DNA of 64,000 nt from Phoronis australis (GCA_002633005.1 NMRA01000680.1:145095-209094), one strand, 5' to 3'. Shown: positions 39,018 to 51,309, counted from the stretch's first letter. Numbers and translations are program-made. The notes: a model not told the origin generated them from the sequence alone.

Positions 39018-39288
39018 CATGCATGCACCCAGCCTAAAATATAGGGGGGCTCGAATTACTCGTTATGTGGACCTTTTACTGAACAAAATCTACGTGGATT
39101 AAAAATTTTAAAAAAGGATCACAAGGTTCAGGCCTACGAATTTTGCATCTCCGCCGATTTCCTGTGTCCTTTGTGGACTTTTGTGTTGTTTCTCTCGGAC
39201 TTTTACACCGAGGCGGACCTTTTTGCCCTATTCGCCAAACTGGCTCCTTCGAGCCCCCCCGAGACCCCCCCTCCTAGGTGCGCCCATG
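39018..39288. mobile_element. ~270-bp MITE
   Basis: catgcatgcacccagcctaaaatataggggggctcgaa...aggtgcgcccatg; homologous to 56186-56434. Confidence 0.75.
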
Positions 39289-39518
39289 TAGGTGTCAATA
39301 TTCCTGTGATTCCTTCACCAATAGCCCTTTCACGGCAATATACAAGGTAATACATGTATACGTATGGATAACTTGCTACCTACAGTACATGTATTGGGCA
39401 AAACAATAGCCAAGCAGAAGTCCGTGAGACGGACACAACGTCGCTAACTCAAGTACGTAAATTCCAGTATTTACCCCAATTTTTCTTTACTGTTGTAATT
39501 TGAAATTATTCCACTCAC

Positions 39519-39527
39519 GAATATGAC
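39519..39527 (-). CDS. Candidate 9-nt microexon of the giant gene
   Basis: ttttatctttaacag|gtcatattc|gtgagt; frame-preserving in a phase-1 intron. Confidence 0.45.
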
Positions 39528-40307
39528 CTGTTAAAGATAAAATTGTGAGTATTGCGGAATCTTAGTCAATGAATAGACACTATCAAACACTCAATTTGGC
39601 CTTCGTTCTCGTTAACAACCAGACGTAATCTTTTGATCCACATCAAATTGCTCTTCTCTTCAAGTATCACCTAATAACTACACTTGGCTTACCTCCTGTT
39701 TAGTAAGACTTAGTTCTAAAACCCGATGTAGCGATAATATTAAAACGCCAAAAGGCACCCAAGAACAAAACGCAGCAGCAACAGTTTTCAATTTAAATGT
39801 GTTATTTAAAATAAACAATAATACTCAAATGTTTAGTCAATTTAGTGAAACGACGATTGTTTTACGGTATTTGGCAAATTTGACGAACACCTTTGAGAAC
39901 AAACGACCCTTCAAATATGCACCTGTTTTTTATGTGCGTGTTTATTCCTTCAAGAACAAAATATTTCGTTTTAAATAATGTAACAATGTAAACGGAAATA
40001 TACGATTGTTCTCTGTCCTTATGTTCTATTTAAGCAAATATCGCAATTGACAAAACATACGCTAGCAAACGTTCAGTCTCGCAAACGTAGGTTACTTAAA
40101 ACTTAATTTCGACCTGCTGATCTTGAAAATTGAACTACGGTTTCATGTCATACCAGTACGAACATGTACAACCTCAACAAACCAAAAATGCGTTGGAAAA
40201 TGGTTGCTTTATTGGTGTTGGTTATAAATGAAATTCACAAGATGATAATCTGTGAATTTTATTAAAAATAGATCGTCAATCCACACAGCAATGACCATGG
40301 GATTGAT

Positions 40308-40446
40308 TGGGCGGCGCAGCACTGAAAAAATGGGGCTATAGCCCACTCAGCCCCCTGTGGTGCACTCTCCAAAGACCATGGGCGGCGCAGCACTGCAAAA
40401 AGTGTCGGGTTATAGCCCCCCAGACACCTACGGTGCACCGCGCATG
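40308..40446. mobile_element. Two tandem mini-MITE copies
   Basis: gggcggcgcagcactg(a/c)aaaa...ggtgcac twice; same family as 38499. Confidence 0.7.
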
Positions 40447-40559
40447 ATTGAGTGCATCAAGATGATAAACCTTGTTGTTCTAGTAACTGAGTCTTATCGA
40501 TTAGCCAAAATGAAACTGTGACATTCTAAGCACAAATGTTGGGACCAAACAGAACTTAC

Positions 40560-40763
40560 AGAGCAGGTTAAAACTCTGGACAGAGTCACCCAATGTCAGT
40601 TGAACCTTGTTAGCACATGCGTTGTAGGTAATGTCAAGTTTCACCACCTTTTGAAAGTAGTTATATTGAAAGACTACTCCGCAGGTCAATCCAAGACAGT
40701 CGCTGCGAGGTTTACAGAAGGTCCCATCGTCAGTATTGATTCTGTTTGCAAACAGAGGGCATT
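40560..40763 (-). CDS. Giant gene exon (Cys-containing module)
   Basis: atttcag/gtaagt; ECPLF...FCKPRSDCLGLTCGV...LDITYNACANKVQLTLGD; phase 1 to 1. Confidence 0.9.
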
Positions 40764-41300
40764 CTGAAATTGACAACAATGCACCCACTGATCGCTTACT
40801 TTTCCGTTTTTGATGACATGCAGTGAACATTGGTGCTACGAGATGTAAAGCTATTTAATGGATTTCATGCCAATTTTAGGCTTTGTGGTCGCGTGCTGCC
40901 ACCACTGCAGTGGCCATTCTCGCACACTACAAGTACTGTACATATTAATGCAATCATCATTATGATCCAACTAGATCTTCTGACAGGAAATCTCAAAAAC
41001 GAGAGTTGCATTAAAAAATCGTTCAGCGCAAACAAGAAAATGTTAAGATAGTCTCGATAAATGAAATAGACTTTTGATTTACCAGGAAAAAGTTTAATGC
41101 AGAATGCAAGAGACCCAATAGACCTTTATCATAAAAATGAAAGAAAGCAATTTCAGTCAGATATTGACAAAGTAATGACAAAGATTAGTGGTGAGGAGAC
41201 ATTTTCATATCCTGAGTGTAAACGAGAGCTTAAATGCACTTTTGTTTTTCATCACTAATGAATCTAACGCTAGTTTGAACTCGTGGAAACTACGTCTCAC

Positions 41301-41572
41301 CGTTTGCCTTCAACGACAACAACTGAAGAACCATCTGCTCAAATGAACCTCGAGGTTCAGTCTTCTTCGCTCGTAGCATACTTCGAAGTTTGCTTGGGCT
41401 GAACGTCATGGGGTGTTGGATGGGTTGGTCTTGAAGAGTTGCAGAGAATTCGGCCACTAAATCCATCAGTCTCATCTTCGTGTCAAGTTGACCTCCATCC
41501 TCTAAAATCTTGCTTATTTTGGCCAGCGTGAATTTGTTGACATTGAACGCGTCCAAAATATTTGGTGGGCGC
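41301..41572 (-). CDS. Giant gene exon (with SAP-like motif)
   Basis: gttttag/gtgaga; RPPNILDAF...SPSKLRSMLRAKKTEPRGSFEQMVLQLL; phase 2 to 1. Confidence 0.9.
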
Positions 41573-41750
41573 CTAAAACACAACAGTTGTCGATCAAAAT
41601 ACAATTGCAAATCAGCACTAAATTTACCGAAGTAGCTGATCAAACAGTGTAAGGCATATGACAATAACAAAGCATCATAACGAGAGATGGCGGAAGTACA
41701 AGTAAAATTAAATGGGTCAGACGTAAGAAACAGAAGCGCATACCGCTTAC

Positions 41751-42459
41751 CTGTCATTTTTGGAGGACATGGCATTATCTTTAAAATTTTTAAGTTTTCC
41801 CATAGTTGTCAAAATTTCAACTGTGCTCTTTTTCTCCTCTTCAATTGTTTCTTCAAGATTTGTTTTCGCCTTTTTCATCAAATCTTCAACTCCATTTTTT
41901 GCCAATTTCTTGAAAGACGAAATCTTCTTAGATACTTTAGATTTCAATTTTCCAGATATGGATTTGAAAAAGTTCGAAGTTTTAGGTTTTTTGGTGTTTT
42001 TACTACGACTTTTGTTTTTTCTCTGTTTCCAAGCTTTCTTTGCTTTCTTCAATAGCTTTTTGGGCAGGCCAAAGCGCTTTTTGGCAACCGTTTGTCCTAT
42101 GAATTCGAAAGACAATTCGTTACAATGCTCCGTCCAGCGTGGGAAGGGAACCAGTCTTTCCACAAATGGAGTCGGGTCCACGTATTTGTAATCGTCGTCN
42201 TCTCTTTCTTGTGCTTCCACTTCGCAGTCTTGGAAAGTTTTCGTGTGACAAGATGTATAAACTTCAGGTTGCATTCCGATTTCATGGAAAATCCGATCAC
42301 CTCTCCTTCCCCAAGAGTCACTCCGTCGTTGGTGATATTTTCGTGTGGTAAAATATTTGAAATGATGATTTCGTATTTTTTGAAGTTTGCGTCTTCCGGA
42401 TATATTACGACTTCATGGTTGTTTTTTCTTTTGACACAACCAACTACCGGACTAACAAT
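41751..42459 (-). CDS. Giant gene exon: C-part of M23/LECT2-like fold plus Lys-rich segment; frame break at N (42200)
   Basis: tttccag/gtaagc; IVSPVVGCV...GEVIG...FIHLV...YVDPTPFV; ORFs 42097-42558 and 41747-42274 join at the ambiguous base. Confidence 0.85.
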
Positions 42460-43470
42460 CTGGAAATAAAATTGCAGCCTCAGAATTGCTACCAGAATAG
42501 TCACAGCTACCGCTAGGCGATAAGAAATGAATAGTGACAAAACGTTGTGTTGTGGCAATTATCTGATAAAGAACTGGGGCGTTGCAAACACCATAGCACG
42601 CAAAAGAGATGTTTACATAGAAGTTGACAGTTCATGCTATTGTTCACTTGTTGACTATCACGCAGCAATGGCAACAGTTCCGATCTTAATTCCAGAATAG
42701 TCTAAAGTAGACCAAAACTGATTTGGACATTCTACATTCATCTACACCGAAAAAGCACCGATGTAGAAACATTTCCATTAGTAAAATATTGTGAGTTTTT
42801 ATTTTTAACTGTACGAAGGTGGTAGTCTGCCATTTAGGTTGGCAAATTCACAAATCGGTCTAAAGCAATGCTTTTGTCGTTGTGAATGTTTAAAAGTGCG
42901 ACTGATGACAACCGACTGGCAGTCCGTCATTGTGTTTCTCGGAAGGCTTTCCAGCCTCTTCACAGAGGCAGAAGCTCCGTTTTGCGACACATGTTTAATC
43001 AATAATTATAGAAAGAATCTTGGCGGCGATGTATAGTTTTACATGTGGATAAAAGTTGCCAGAGGCAAAAAGATTGTTAGAAGTGTTACAAGCTTGACTG
43101 GAAGTAACCCACGAACTGCCAATGATGCCTTCACAGCAAAACTCAAGCTCAGTCGGTATGGGAGAAGAAGGACCAACAATATAATCTCGCCTTTAAGGTT
43201 TGCAAATGAGCACTCATCTTGTAAGAAACAGCCTATACGTCAACGAAGATTAAATCAATGGTATGTTCTTAAATAGCGCAATTGTTCTTGCAAGTTTGCT
43301 GATCTTACTAAACTATGCAAGCGGACGTCGGAACGTGAATGTAATGTTACCACCTTTTTACCGTGTACTAGCAATGCATGACTGGAATGTTAAATAATGT
43401 AACTTCTTAATTTCCATGATACAAGAAACGACTGCGGCGACCAAGAGATAGTGAAAAACAATCAACTCAC

Positions 43471-43642
43471 CTTGCCGTCTCTTGGCGCCTCAACATCAAT
43501 ACCTTTAAGCCCGTTGATTGATTTTGAACCAAATACGCCATCAGCGCATCTGTGGACGTCGGGGTCGACACGGCGTGTAGGAAACTGAGCATTGAACTTG
43601 GGTCCAAAGGCCTTTCGTATTAGAGACCTGGTTTTATCAACC
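43471..43642 (-). CDS. Giant gene exon: N-part of M23/LECT2-like fold
   Basis: tttttag/gtgagt; VDKTRSLIRKAFGPKFNAQFPTRR...CADGVFGSKSINGLKGIDVEAPRDGK; phase 2 to 0. Confidence 0.9.
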
Positions 43643-43871
43643 CTAAAAAAGACGTACCCGTGGCGGTGCGCTAACTGAGCAGTGTGAATTTACACAAAGT
43701 ACATGTAATACTATGCAAACTAAATTAAACCAAGTTGATATACAAGTATGTAATATGCCACTCATCGTACAAGAAAAGATCTAGATTTGATTATGCTGGG
43801 TTCTGACGACATGCTAACACTGCGTTCTATTGTTAAAAGAAGCCGTTAGCCAGATGTTACCGCATACTTAC

Positions 43872-44038
43872 ACAGTTTTCAATTCCATGTATGAATTCTT
43901 GATACTGCGGATTGCGTCAAAAACTGATGTGTAAGCCTCAACAAAGGGATCACCTAATTCAGCTAACTCGTCCAATGGGTTGAGTGTGTCTTTCAGTATC
44001 TGGAGAAACCTTGAGACAATTTCTGCTTCTTGTTCTTC
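43872..44038 (-). CDS. Giant gene exon (amphipathic helices)
   Basis: tatttag/gtaagt; EEQEAEIVSRFLQILKDTLNPLDELAELGDPFVEAYTSVFDAIRSIKNSYMELKT; phase 0 to 2. Confidence 0.9.
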
Positions 44039-45242
44039 CTAAATAAAAGACCAATGCAACCACTATTATCACACAGCGTGATTCCTTTTGTGGCTTCCCC
44101 GTGATAAGTTCGATCTTCGTTTGGGATGAAATTAAAGAACGACCAGAATGCCTGAAATCGTTTTCGCATTATAACCCAGTTCTTATTCCCTGTTTTATAT
44201 ACACCCATATTTGGGATCATTCAAACATAACAGTCAATGAAGACACAATCGATGATCGGATCGCATCCAGTCACAGGTTACGCCTAGCGAGTCACTTGTA
44301 GAGAATTTAAAACGTTCAATTGATTACAAATTCTTATAATTGGGTATGTTTTCACGCAATCCAGACTTTATAGCGTAGTTTTGATTTATTACATACACTC
44401 ACAATGTTGTGTTGCTATTGAATTTTCAATTTTTTAGGTTGACCGAGTCAAAAGGGCGGCGATTAGGCTACGGGTTGCAACATTTGAAGGCGACTTATTT
44501 TGAAAATTGAGTTTCTAATATAAAGTTTTCAATGAAGTTGATTATAATTGCTTTGAACGAAAAGATCAAGCTGATATGTGTTGTAAAGTTTCCAAGTATT
44601 TTGCACCAAATTAAACGGCCTATTGTCGCCTATACCAATAGGGGAAACACACACACTCGACAGCTACCCGTATTCAAATCGCGTAGCATTCGCACCTGCA
44701 GCTTCAAAAAGACATGAATGCAAAGTTCCTAACATTAAAGTTTTTGTATCAAGCAAATTAATCTTTATAATAAACATTGTGAAATTGCTGATAACAATTC
44801 AACCGAATTTGTTTTTCCGACCGTTTCGACGGCCCCAGTCACACTCCCGGGGATTCCCATACATACGGGCCCGTATTAAAATATGTGCTAAGTAATTGAA
44901 TAACAAATTTTAAAGGTACTGATTTTGATCAATTTTAATATTAACTGATATGAAATGAAAAATTAATGTGTTTCCTTGATTTTCCACGTATTTTGCACTA
45001 AGTTAAATGGCCAGTCATCGCTGATTCTAATACTGTGGAGACACGGTGACAGCCAAATTCGTGGTAACGATGACGTCATAGACTTCCATTGGCGCGAGCG
45101 CCGTCTCAATTTTTTTGGCGCTAAATGGTTTTCGTGATGGGGCTACTGTATTGTCGAAGGCCTACTTCATTAACGACTGGGGTATGCTATGACACAGTAT
45201 TTTGATGTTTTTCATCAATAAATGTATTTTAGATGTAAAAAT

Positions 45243-45311
45243 AGTCATTTTGGCAACATACTTGGCCTTTAACTTCAGCTGTTAAAGGTCAAGTGTGTTG
45301 CCAAAATGACT
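45243..45311. repeat. Long hairpin (31-bp arms, 7-nt loop)
   Basis: agtcattttggcaacatacttggcctttaac-ttcagct-gttaaaggtcaagtgtgttgccaaaatgact; 29/31 Watson-Crick pairs. Confidence 0.9.
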
Positions 45312-46402
45312 GGGAGTACGTGCAGTTGCGACACCAATTTGTCAATCATAACCTTGTCACCTTCTCAGGATTCCGGCATTACTTGGTTGGCCTGTGTTTG
45401 GTTGTTTTAGTGTATTGCAGACGATAAAATGTAAGGCGTACTTAGCACTGCTTTGTGATTGGCCCATGTAATACAAACATAACGTATTCGGTGTTATTAC
45501 CCAGTCGTGTCGTCACACATACCCGGTCATGTGAGAATAGGTATTTACGAGGTGTTTTTGGAAGCTACATGTTATTATATGTTCCAAGAGCGCACTATTG
45601 GTGGTTGAGGCAACTGGGGACAAGCAAAAAGGACCAAGGGCAGTTCGTGTAAAACTTCGAAAGCAAAAAGTACGGAGAGGCAAAATTTTTTTATTTTACA
45701 TAAGGAACAGGTTAGGAATGACTGAAAAAATTATTATCAAGTCAGTTTTTGGAGAGGTGCAATATGGCTGTTACAGCGTCCCAAATTTGGCCGAAAATGG
45801 CTTCAGTAAAAACCTTCAAAATAGCCGTTTTTGCCATACAAACCAAATAATACAAAGTTAAAAATGAATGTTGAAAGTAGTGCCGTTAAATTGTTCAATC
45901 AACGTCCTTTTAAACCGTGTCACTAATTTGTTATCAGCTTACTACACATGCTTGTAAAATCCTTTCAAATACGTTTACTTCGACACCCAATTTTGTTGTA
46001 AAATGGAGATATAGGTCATAAAAAGAGATATAATGAAGGAAAGGCCTTAAAAAGCGAGATTTTTCTACATCCCACCCAACCAAACTCGTGTACTAAGTCT
46101 AAAAAAGTCTGTGATTTTGGGTATAGACTCTACTTGTTAGTTTTTATACCGAGTCATTTTTAAATAATTGGATGACATATTTTCACGGGGGAAAGTGAAG
46201 AAGTATTTGTAATGGAAATTCTTTGGAGAACAGCAACGATGTTTTTTCTTGGTTAGATTCGTTCGCGACCCGGGATTTTCGCGAAATTGCTTTTGTAGAC
46301 TTGGCATTAAGCTAACCATTGCGCTTTGTGAGGTATGCCAAATCCTATGTTAAAAGTACATAGAACTCCATAGTTTTCGCTACGAGGTTTCTTTTCCTTT
46401 AC

Positions 46403-46566
46403 CTGTGTAAGTATTCCGTCATTTAGCCCAACCTGTTTGTCGTGAAGTCCAGTCTTACTTGATCTTATTCTTTTGGATACGGCTGACACTTCGACGAAAG
46501 TAGCATTTATTTCATTCACAAGGTAAAACAACTCGTCGCCTGGGTTCATCCAGTAGGGTTTTTGAC
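46403..46566 (-). CDS. Giant gene exon
   Basis: catgcag/gtaaag; GQKPYWMNPGDELFYLVNEINATF...GILTQ; phase 1 to 0. Confidence 0.85.
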
Positions 46567-46786
46567 CTGCATGGAAATGATGAAAAAAATCAATGTCGCC
46601 ATTTGAAAACTCGATTTTGCGAAACTACCTAAATGCTCATCTCGCAAATTACTTCACCCAAAAACATTATTTGTGGTACTAAATTAGGACACAAACTAGA
46701 CGTTTCTTTCATAGCGATTGAACCTGGTTTCCATTTTCTATCCGTTAGTGTTGCAAAACAATCGTAGACAAACTAAAAGTACTTAC

Positions 46787-46857
46787 CATTTAAAAAGAAA
46801 CAATTTTCTTGTATTTGCTGTTTCGCTCCAATCAACAATGCAATTGACGTCTTAATA
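46787..46857 (-). CDS. Giant gene exon
   Basis: cttccag/gtaagt; IKTSIALLIGAKQQIQENCFFLN; phase 2 to 1. Confidence 0.85.
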
Positions 46858-47289
46858 CTGGAAGAACATACAACCAGACAACATATCGAATCGTTATTAC
46901 AGGGTGTCACATTGAAGAACGAAACTGTTGGCCACAGCTTTGAGTTCGACACGGGGCGCATTCCCATATCGGTATATTTTAACATTTGAAATTTCAATCT
47001 GGAACCATGATATTCAAACTACTGTTGATTAACTTGCTTTACAGTTTCATAGACCCCTATTTCACAAAAATACCATTGGAAATATGACGTCACAAATTAC
47101 ATGGAATACCCTACACACGGTTTGCTTTTTGAGCTTTTTATCGAAGTTTTAACCCAGAAATACATGAATTCTGGTAAAAAGTTGTTTTCCCGATCAATGC
47201 ATTTTTCGAAAATTAACTTCTTTGTCTGTTTCTTCTTCGAAGCTCCCGTCGATGCAATTTAGATGTTCATTCAGTCCTCTGGGAAAATG

Positions 47290-47700
47290 AAGCTGTCAAG
47301 CTCAACAGCTTTTTTGGAGATCCAGTGAGCTGGGCGATGTCGGGGATGTCGAATTCGGGCAGTTCTGCAGTAAATGTTCAGGTGTCTGGAGGTGAGTGTC
47401 ATACGGACTTCTTTTGCTGGTCTAGTTGTTATACATATATATTCTTCTTCAGTCCCTAGATTTAGGCATTCATTCCGGGCATTTCTCAATTGGCTTTGTA
47501 GGAAGTTCTTTGCTTCCCAATAAGATGATAATTTGCCTTAGAGAGTGTGGTTCTGCTTCCTCGTGGCCGCTGATACCGCAGTGGGAGGGAATCCATTGCA
47601 GCAAAACAGTGATTTTGCTGCTCGTAATGTGCAACCACTTTTGGCAAAAACGCATGCTCACGTGTTTACGGGAACTGTGTGTCACCAGTTACTTAGAAAG
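47290..47700 (-). mobile_element. Degenerate non-LTR retrotransposon RNase H fragment (I/Nimb-group-like)
   Basis: LQWIPSHCGISGHEEAE matches the RNase H W(V/I)PxHxGxxGNExAD motif; frameshifted downstream remnant. Confidence 0.75.
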
Positions 47701-47903
47701 AAGTCTAATTAGGGGTACACGTATTCATAGTAGTTTTCTATTCTCAATTTATCCAGGAGTTAAAAGTTGGACACGTCTTCATTAGCACCACCTACTGGAA
47801 GAGGAAATAGGAGTACATGTACGTGCATCAAATAGGAACTGGATCCAATCTACAAGTGATGATCATGTTAATGACAACTACAGACAGGAATAACGGTTCT
47901 TAC

Positions 47904-48046
47904 TTGATTACTGCTCGAATAATAGTTGAAATGGCCTCCTTGGGATTCACAGAAAGCTGTTGAACCATGGTTACGATGTCTTCAATTGCATCCAGAATCC
48001 GCTGAATTGCAAACGGCAACGTCACGGTTACAGCATCCACGACACT
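47904..48046 (-). CDS. Giant gene exon (amphipathic helices)
   Basis: ttttcag/gtaaga; SVVDAVTVTLPFAIQRILDAIEDIVTMVQQLSVNPKEAISTIIRAVI; phase 0 to 2. Confidence 0.9.
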
Positions 48047-50234
48047 CTGAAAAAGTTAAATACGCAGACGAAATTGTATAGACTTATGTCAAAAAACTAC
48101 GTCGTAGTGCTCGACGCTTAGCATGACGGGAAGCTGCATATGGTGACTTGGCAAAATCCGTGTTAGCGAAAACGCACGCAATGGTTGTCGACAAAAACGC
48201 CATTACCTTTTCCGGTCTCAGAATATGCCGCATGGTTCTTCAATTTCTCCAGTAAAATAAGCACCATTCAACCTCTAATTCACTTCCTCCTCTACCAGCG
48301 ACGCACGCAAACTATCGGAAGTGCGTTTCATGGTGCGATCTTGTCGATTTTTGCCGAGCAATTTCGATTTCATCCATTTAATTAAAAAGGTAATAAATCC
48401 AAGAAAATTGTTATTAACTTAAAGTTCGGAAGCCACCACAAATTTTGAAAAGAATATGGGGAATAATTGTCTAATGCTGATACTCGCTGCGACGACTTCG
48501 TGGCGTCTTGGCATTTTTCCTGGTCGTCAAGCAGAATCTGAAATCTCATTGGCGGCTTACAGGTGGCCAAATTGAGCACTGCACGGTATATTGTTCTTGG
48601 TCCTACATTCAAAATGTGTTTTTCTGGTCTGCATTACATGCATTCGGAACGCCTGCAAACTTGCGTTCAATTCTAAAAAAGAATTTATGATTTAGACCAC
48701 TTGCCGCATAAGTCTAGTCTCAACTACAGTAGCTCGTTAGTCAGGTGAGAACTGACTCTTATCATTCGTTGAGAGCATGCTGGACGCCTACAATGACTAG
48801 CAACTTGTAGAGTGACCAGTTTAACTACTGTAAGCAAAAATCTGATAACCGAATTCCATGGCTGTAAGTCGTCTATTCCATACTGTTTTGTGACGGAAGC
48901 CCGGTTTATAGCCGATTTCAAGGTCCCATGCATATTACCTTACGGTTGCAGGAGTGAAGACAAGGCGTACATCAATAATGCGCTGTTATCTTAAAATTGT
49001 TTCGTAATTGGCACATAGGTACACTTAAGGGACATTACTGGTTTTAGATCAAAAGATTTTGGTATCACTGTTAGATAGAAATACTTGTTGAAGTACTGTA
49101 AGTGGCTTTGACCAGATAAATAAAACATCAAAAAATTTTATCAAGTGTTCTTCGCTGCGGGCACCTGGGTTGCGTATATGTCAAAACAAACTATCGGGAC
49201 TTGTTGAATTCGTCACAAGTTTTTAACATTTTTACTCCAGAAAACCGAATTTTAGAACAAATCTTGTTGCTGCGAAGCTGTAAGGAGCGAGCTGTTTTTG
49301 AAACGGCCGCCCACACTTCTTTGTTACAAAAAGTGGCGAAATTATGCTAGAAAATGAAGTTTATTTAATTGATTTCCTCTTAAGCGGCTGCAACGAACAA
49401 GGTGAGTGTCGGTTGACTACTAGATCTTGCATACACCCTCGCCGGTCCGTTAGCTTTACATGTTGATGTAGCCTTAGTTTTTACGACGAAGTAACGGGCA
49501 TAAGTCAACTATACCCGGGTATTCAACGGGCTGTGTGGAATTTCCCTGTCTAACGGAGCTCAACACTCAGTGGCACGATAGCCTTCATACAGCTGAAGTC
49601 GGTAGCTAACCAACCTTTCAAGTTTACAGGGATGAGTATTGGCTGGCAGGTGGTTGGCTGAAGTCCACATTGCCCACGACAGCGACACACCAGTGTAAAT
49701 TGTTGATATGGACTGGTTGCACAGGCAAATTTTCGCCTGACGATGACGACGACTGGGTATCACTTTGTATTGCCTTGGCTTTAACAGGTATCCCTGTTGA
49801 CTCGAAATTTCACACTAAAATTTTTTATTCCAACAATATGAAGAACGCCACTTGACTGCACGCTAACACAGGACAGTGACTTTGCGCCCACCAAATACGT
49901 CACGAGAAGCAGCGCTCCAAGCGGTAATTTTTTAGCTTCGTTAGAGAATATTTAAGTTTACTTTAGATGTTGAATTATTGGTGAAATTAAACAACAACTC
50001 ATAGAAAACTATCCAAATTTTATTCAGAATACAATACAGTTCCCTTTTAAAGCAATGTCATTGAAATACACTTAAAGCGTTTGTACTTAACGGGTAGGAT
50101 TGTGGTCAGTGGCAAATCTTTCGGCTGCTTTTGGCGAATTAATAGGTTACGTTTATTGCATCTGCTAATTTCTACAAATTTCTTTTCTCGCCGAAAATGT
50201 CCCCATAAACAACATACTTACGTTTAATACTTAC

Positions 50235-50446
50235 ATTATAAAAGTCAACAATATCGCCCTTGACATCCTCAACAAAGTGCTTTACGCGGTAAATGACTTT
50301 CTTCACTGCTTCTATCCAAGGCAATTTGCCGTAATCACTTACGATCTTGGCAAACTTAATAATGTTCTCAACTATTTCTTTCAGTTTCCGAGGAAGTCCT
50401 TTGACGACATCAACGAGTTTACTGATTAGGCTGCGTAACCCTCCAT
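50235..50446 (-). CDS. Giant gene exon (amphipathic helices)
   Basis: cttctag/gtaagt; DGGLRSLISKLVDVVKGLPRKLKEIVENIIKF...VEDVKGDIVDFYN; phase 1 to 0. Confidence 0.9.
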
Positions 50447-51309
50447 CTAGAAGTACCAGCAAACAGCGTTAATTGTAATGCGACAGGGACACTGAAAACA
50501 AGACAAGACTACAGTCAACGAGTTCTGAACACACCTGCATCCACGGTGCGGCAAGGGGAGAAAAAGCCACCACCTCGTAAAATGCCNACGTTATGTATTT
50601 GAAAGTCCAAAAATAGGTTGTTGTCTCGTTGAATATTGGATAAGTTTTTGCGATTTCCTTTAGTTCTGTATCCTTCGCAGTTGGTGTGGTGAACTTAGGC
50701 AAGCATTCGTCCAAAAGTGCACGTACTTACACATTCATTGGAGCTTTAAGACTGTTTCAGTGGCATTTACACAAGCATGTGATAAACTATTTACCCCCCA
50801 AACAACCATCCGAAATTTGTAGATAAGTGCATTATGATACATAGGACATGGACAAACATGTATTGCGTATATTAGTGATACTATTTCACGCAGTGTCCGT
50901 TACTGTTAACGAGAGACAGCAGACGACATGTTTGCGATTGTTTTGTCCGGGTCTCGCAAAAGTCATGTAGCGTCAGTTTTTCTCTTTAGTAGAAAAACAA
51001 AAAAGGTTATGTCACGAGGGAAATTACAATAGTACAGAGCGATAATGTGTCAATTTCTCCGTGTGTCAAACTATCGCAGGACATTTGGATGGTGTGGCGG
51101 AATGGGCCAGTCTCCAAGAGCGGGTCAGTTATTAAGACAGGGTACTGTTGGCTGTTGATTCACAAGTGTTGGATTGGAATTTTTTACAAGGCAAATTTTA
51201 CAACTTTTATTTCACGGGTATGGGAAGAAGTATCCAGGTGACACATTGACATTGGAAATATGGGTTATATCTGGAACAGTATAATAGTAATACTAAACAC
51301 ATGAATACA

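Noticed and set aside
49025-50050. Possible TTAA-flanked (Kolobok-like) element
   Set aside because: The termini match over only a few bases
50469-50714. 81-aa minus-strand ORF containing an N
   Set aside because: No splice sites compatible with neighbouring exons and no recognisable motif
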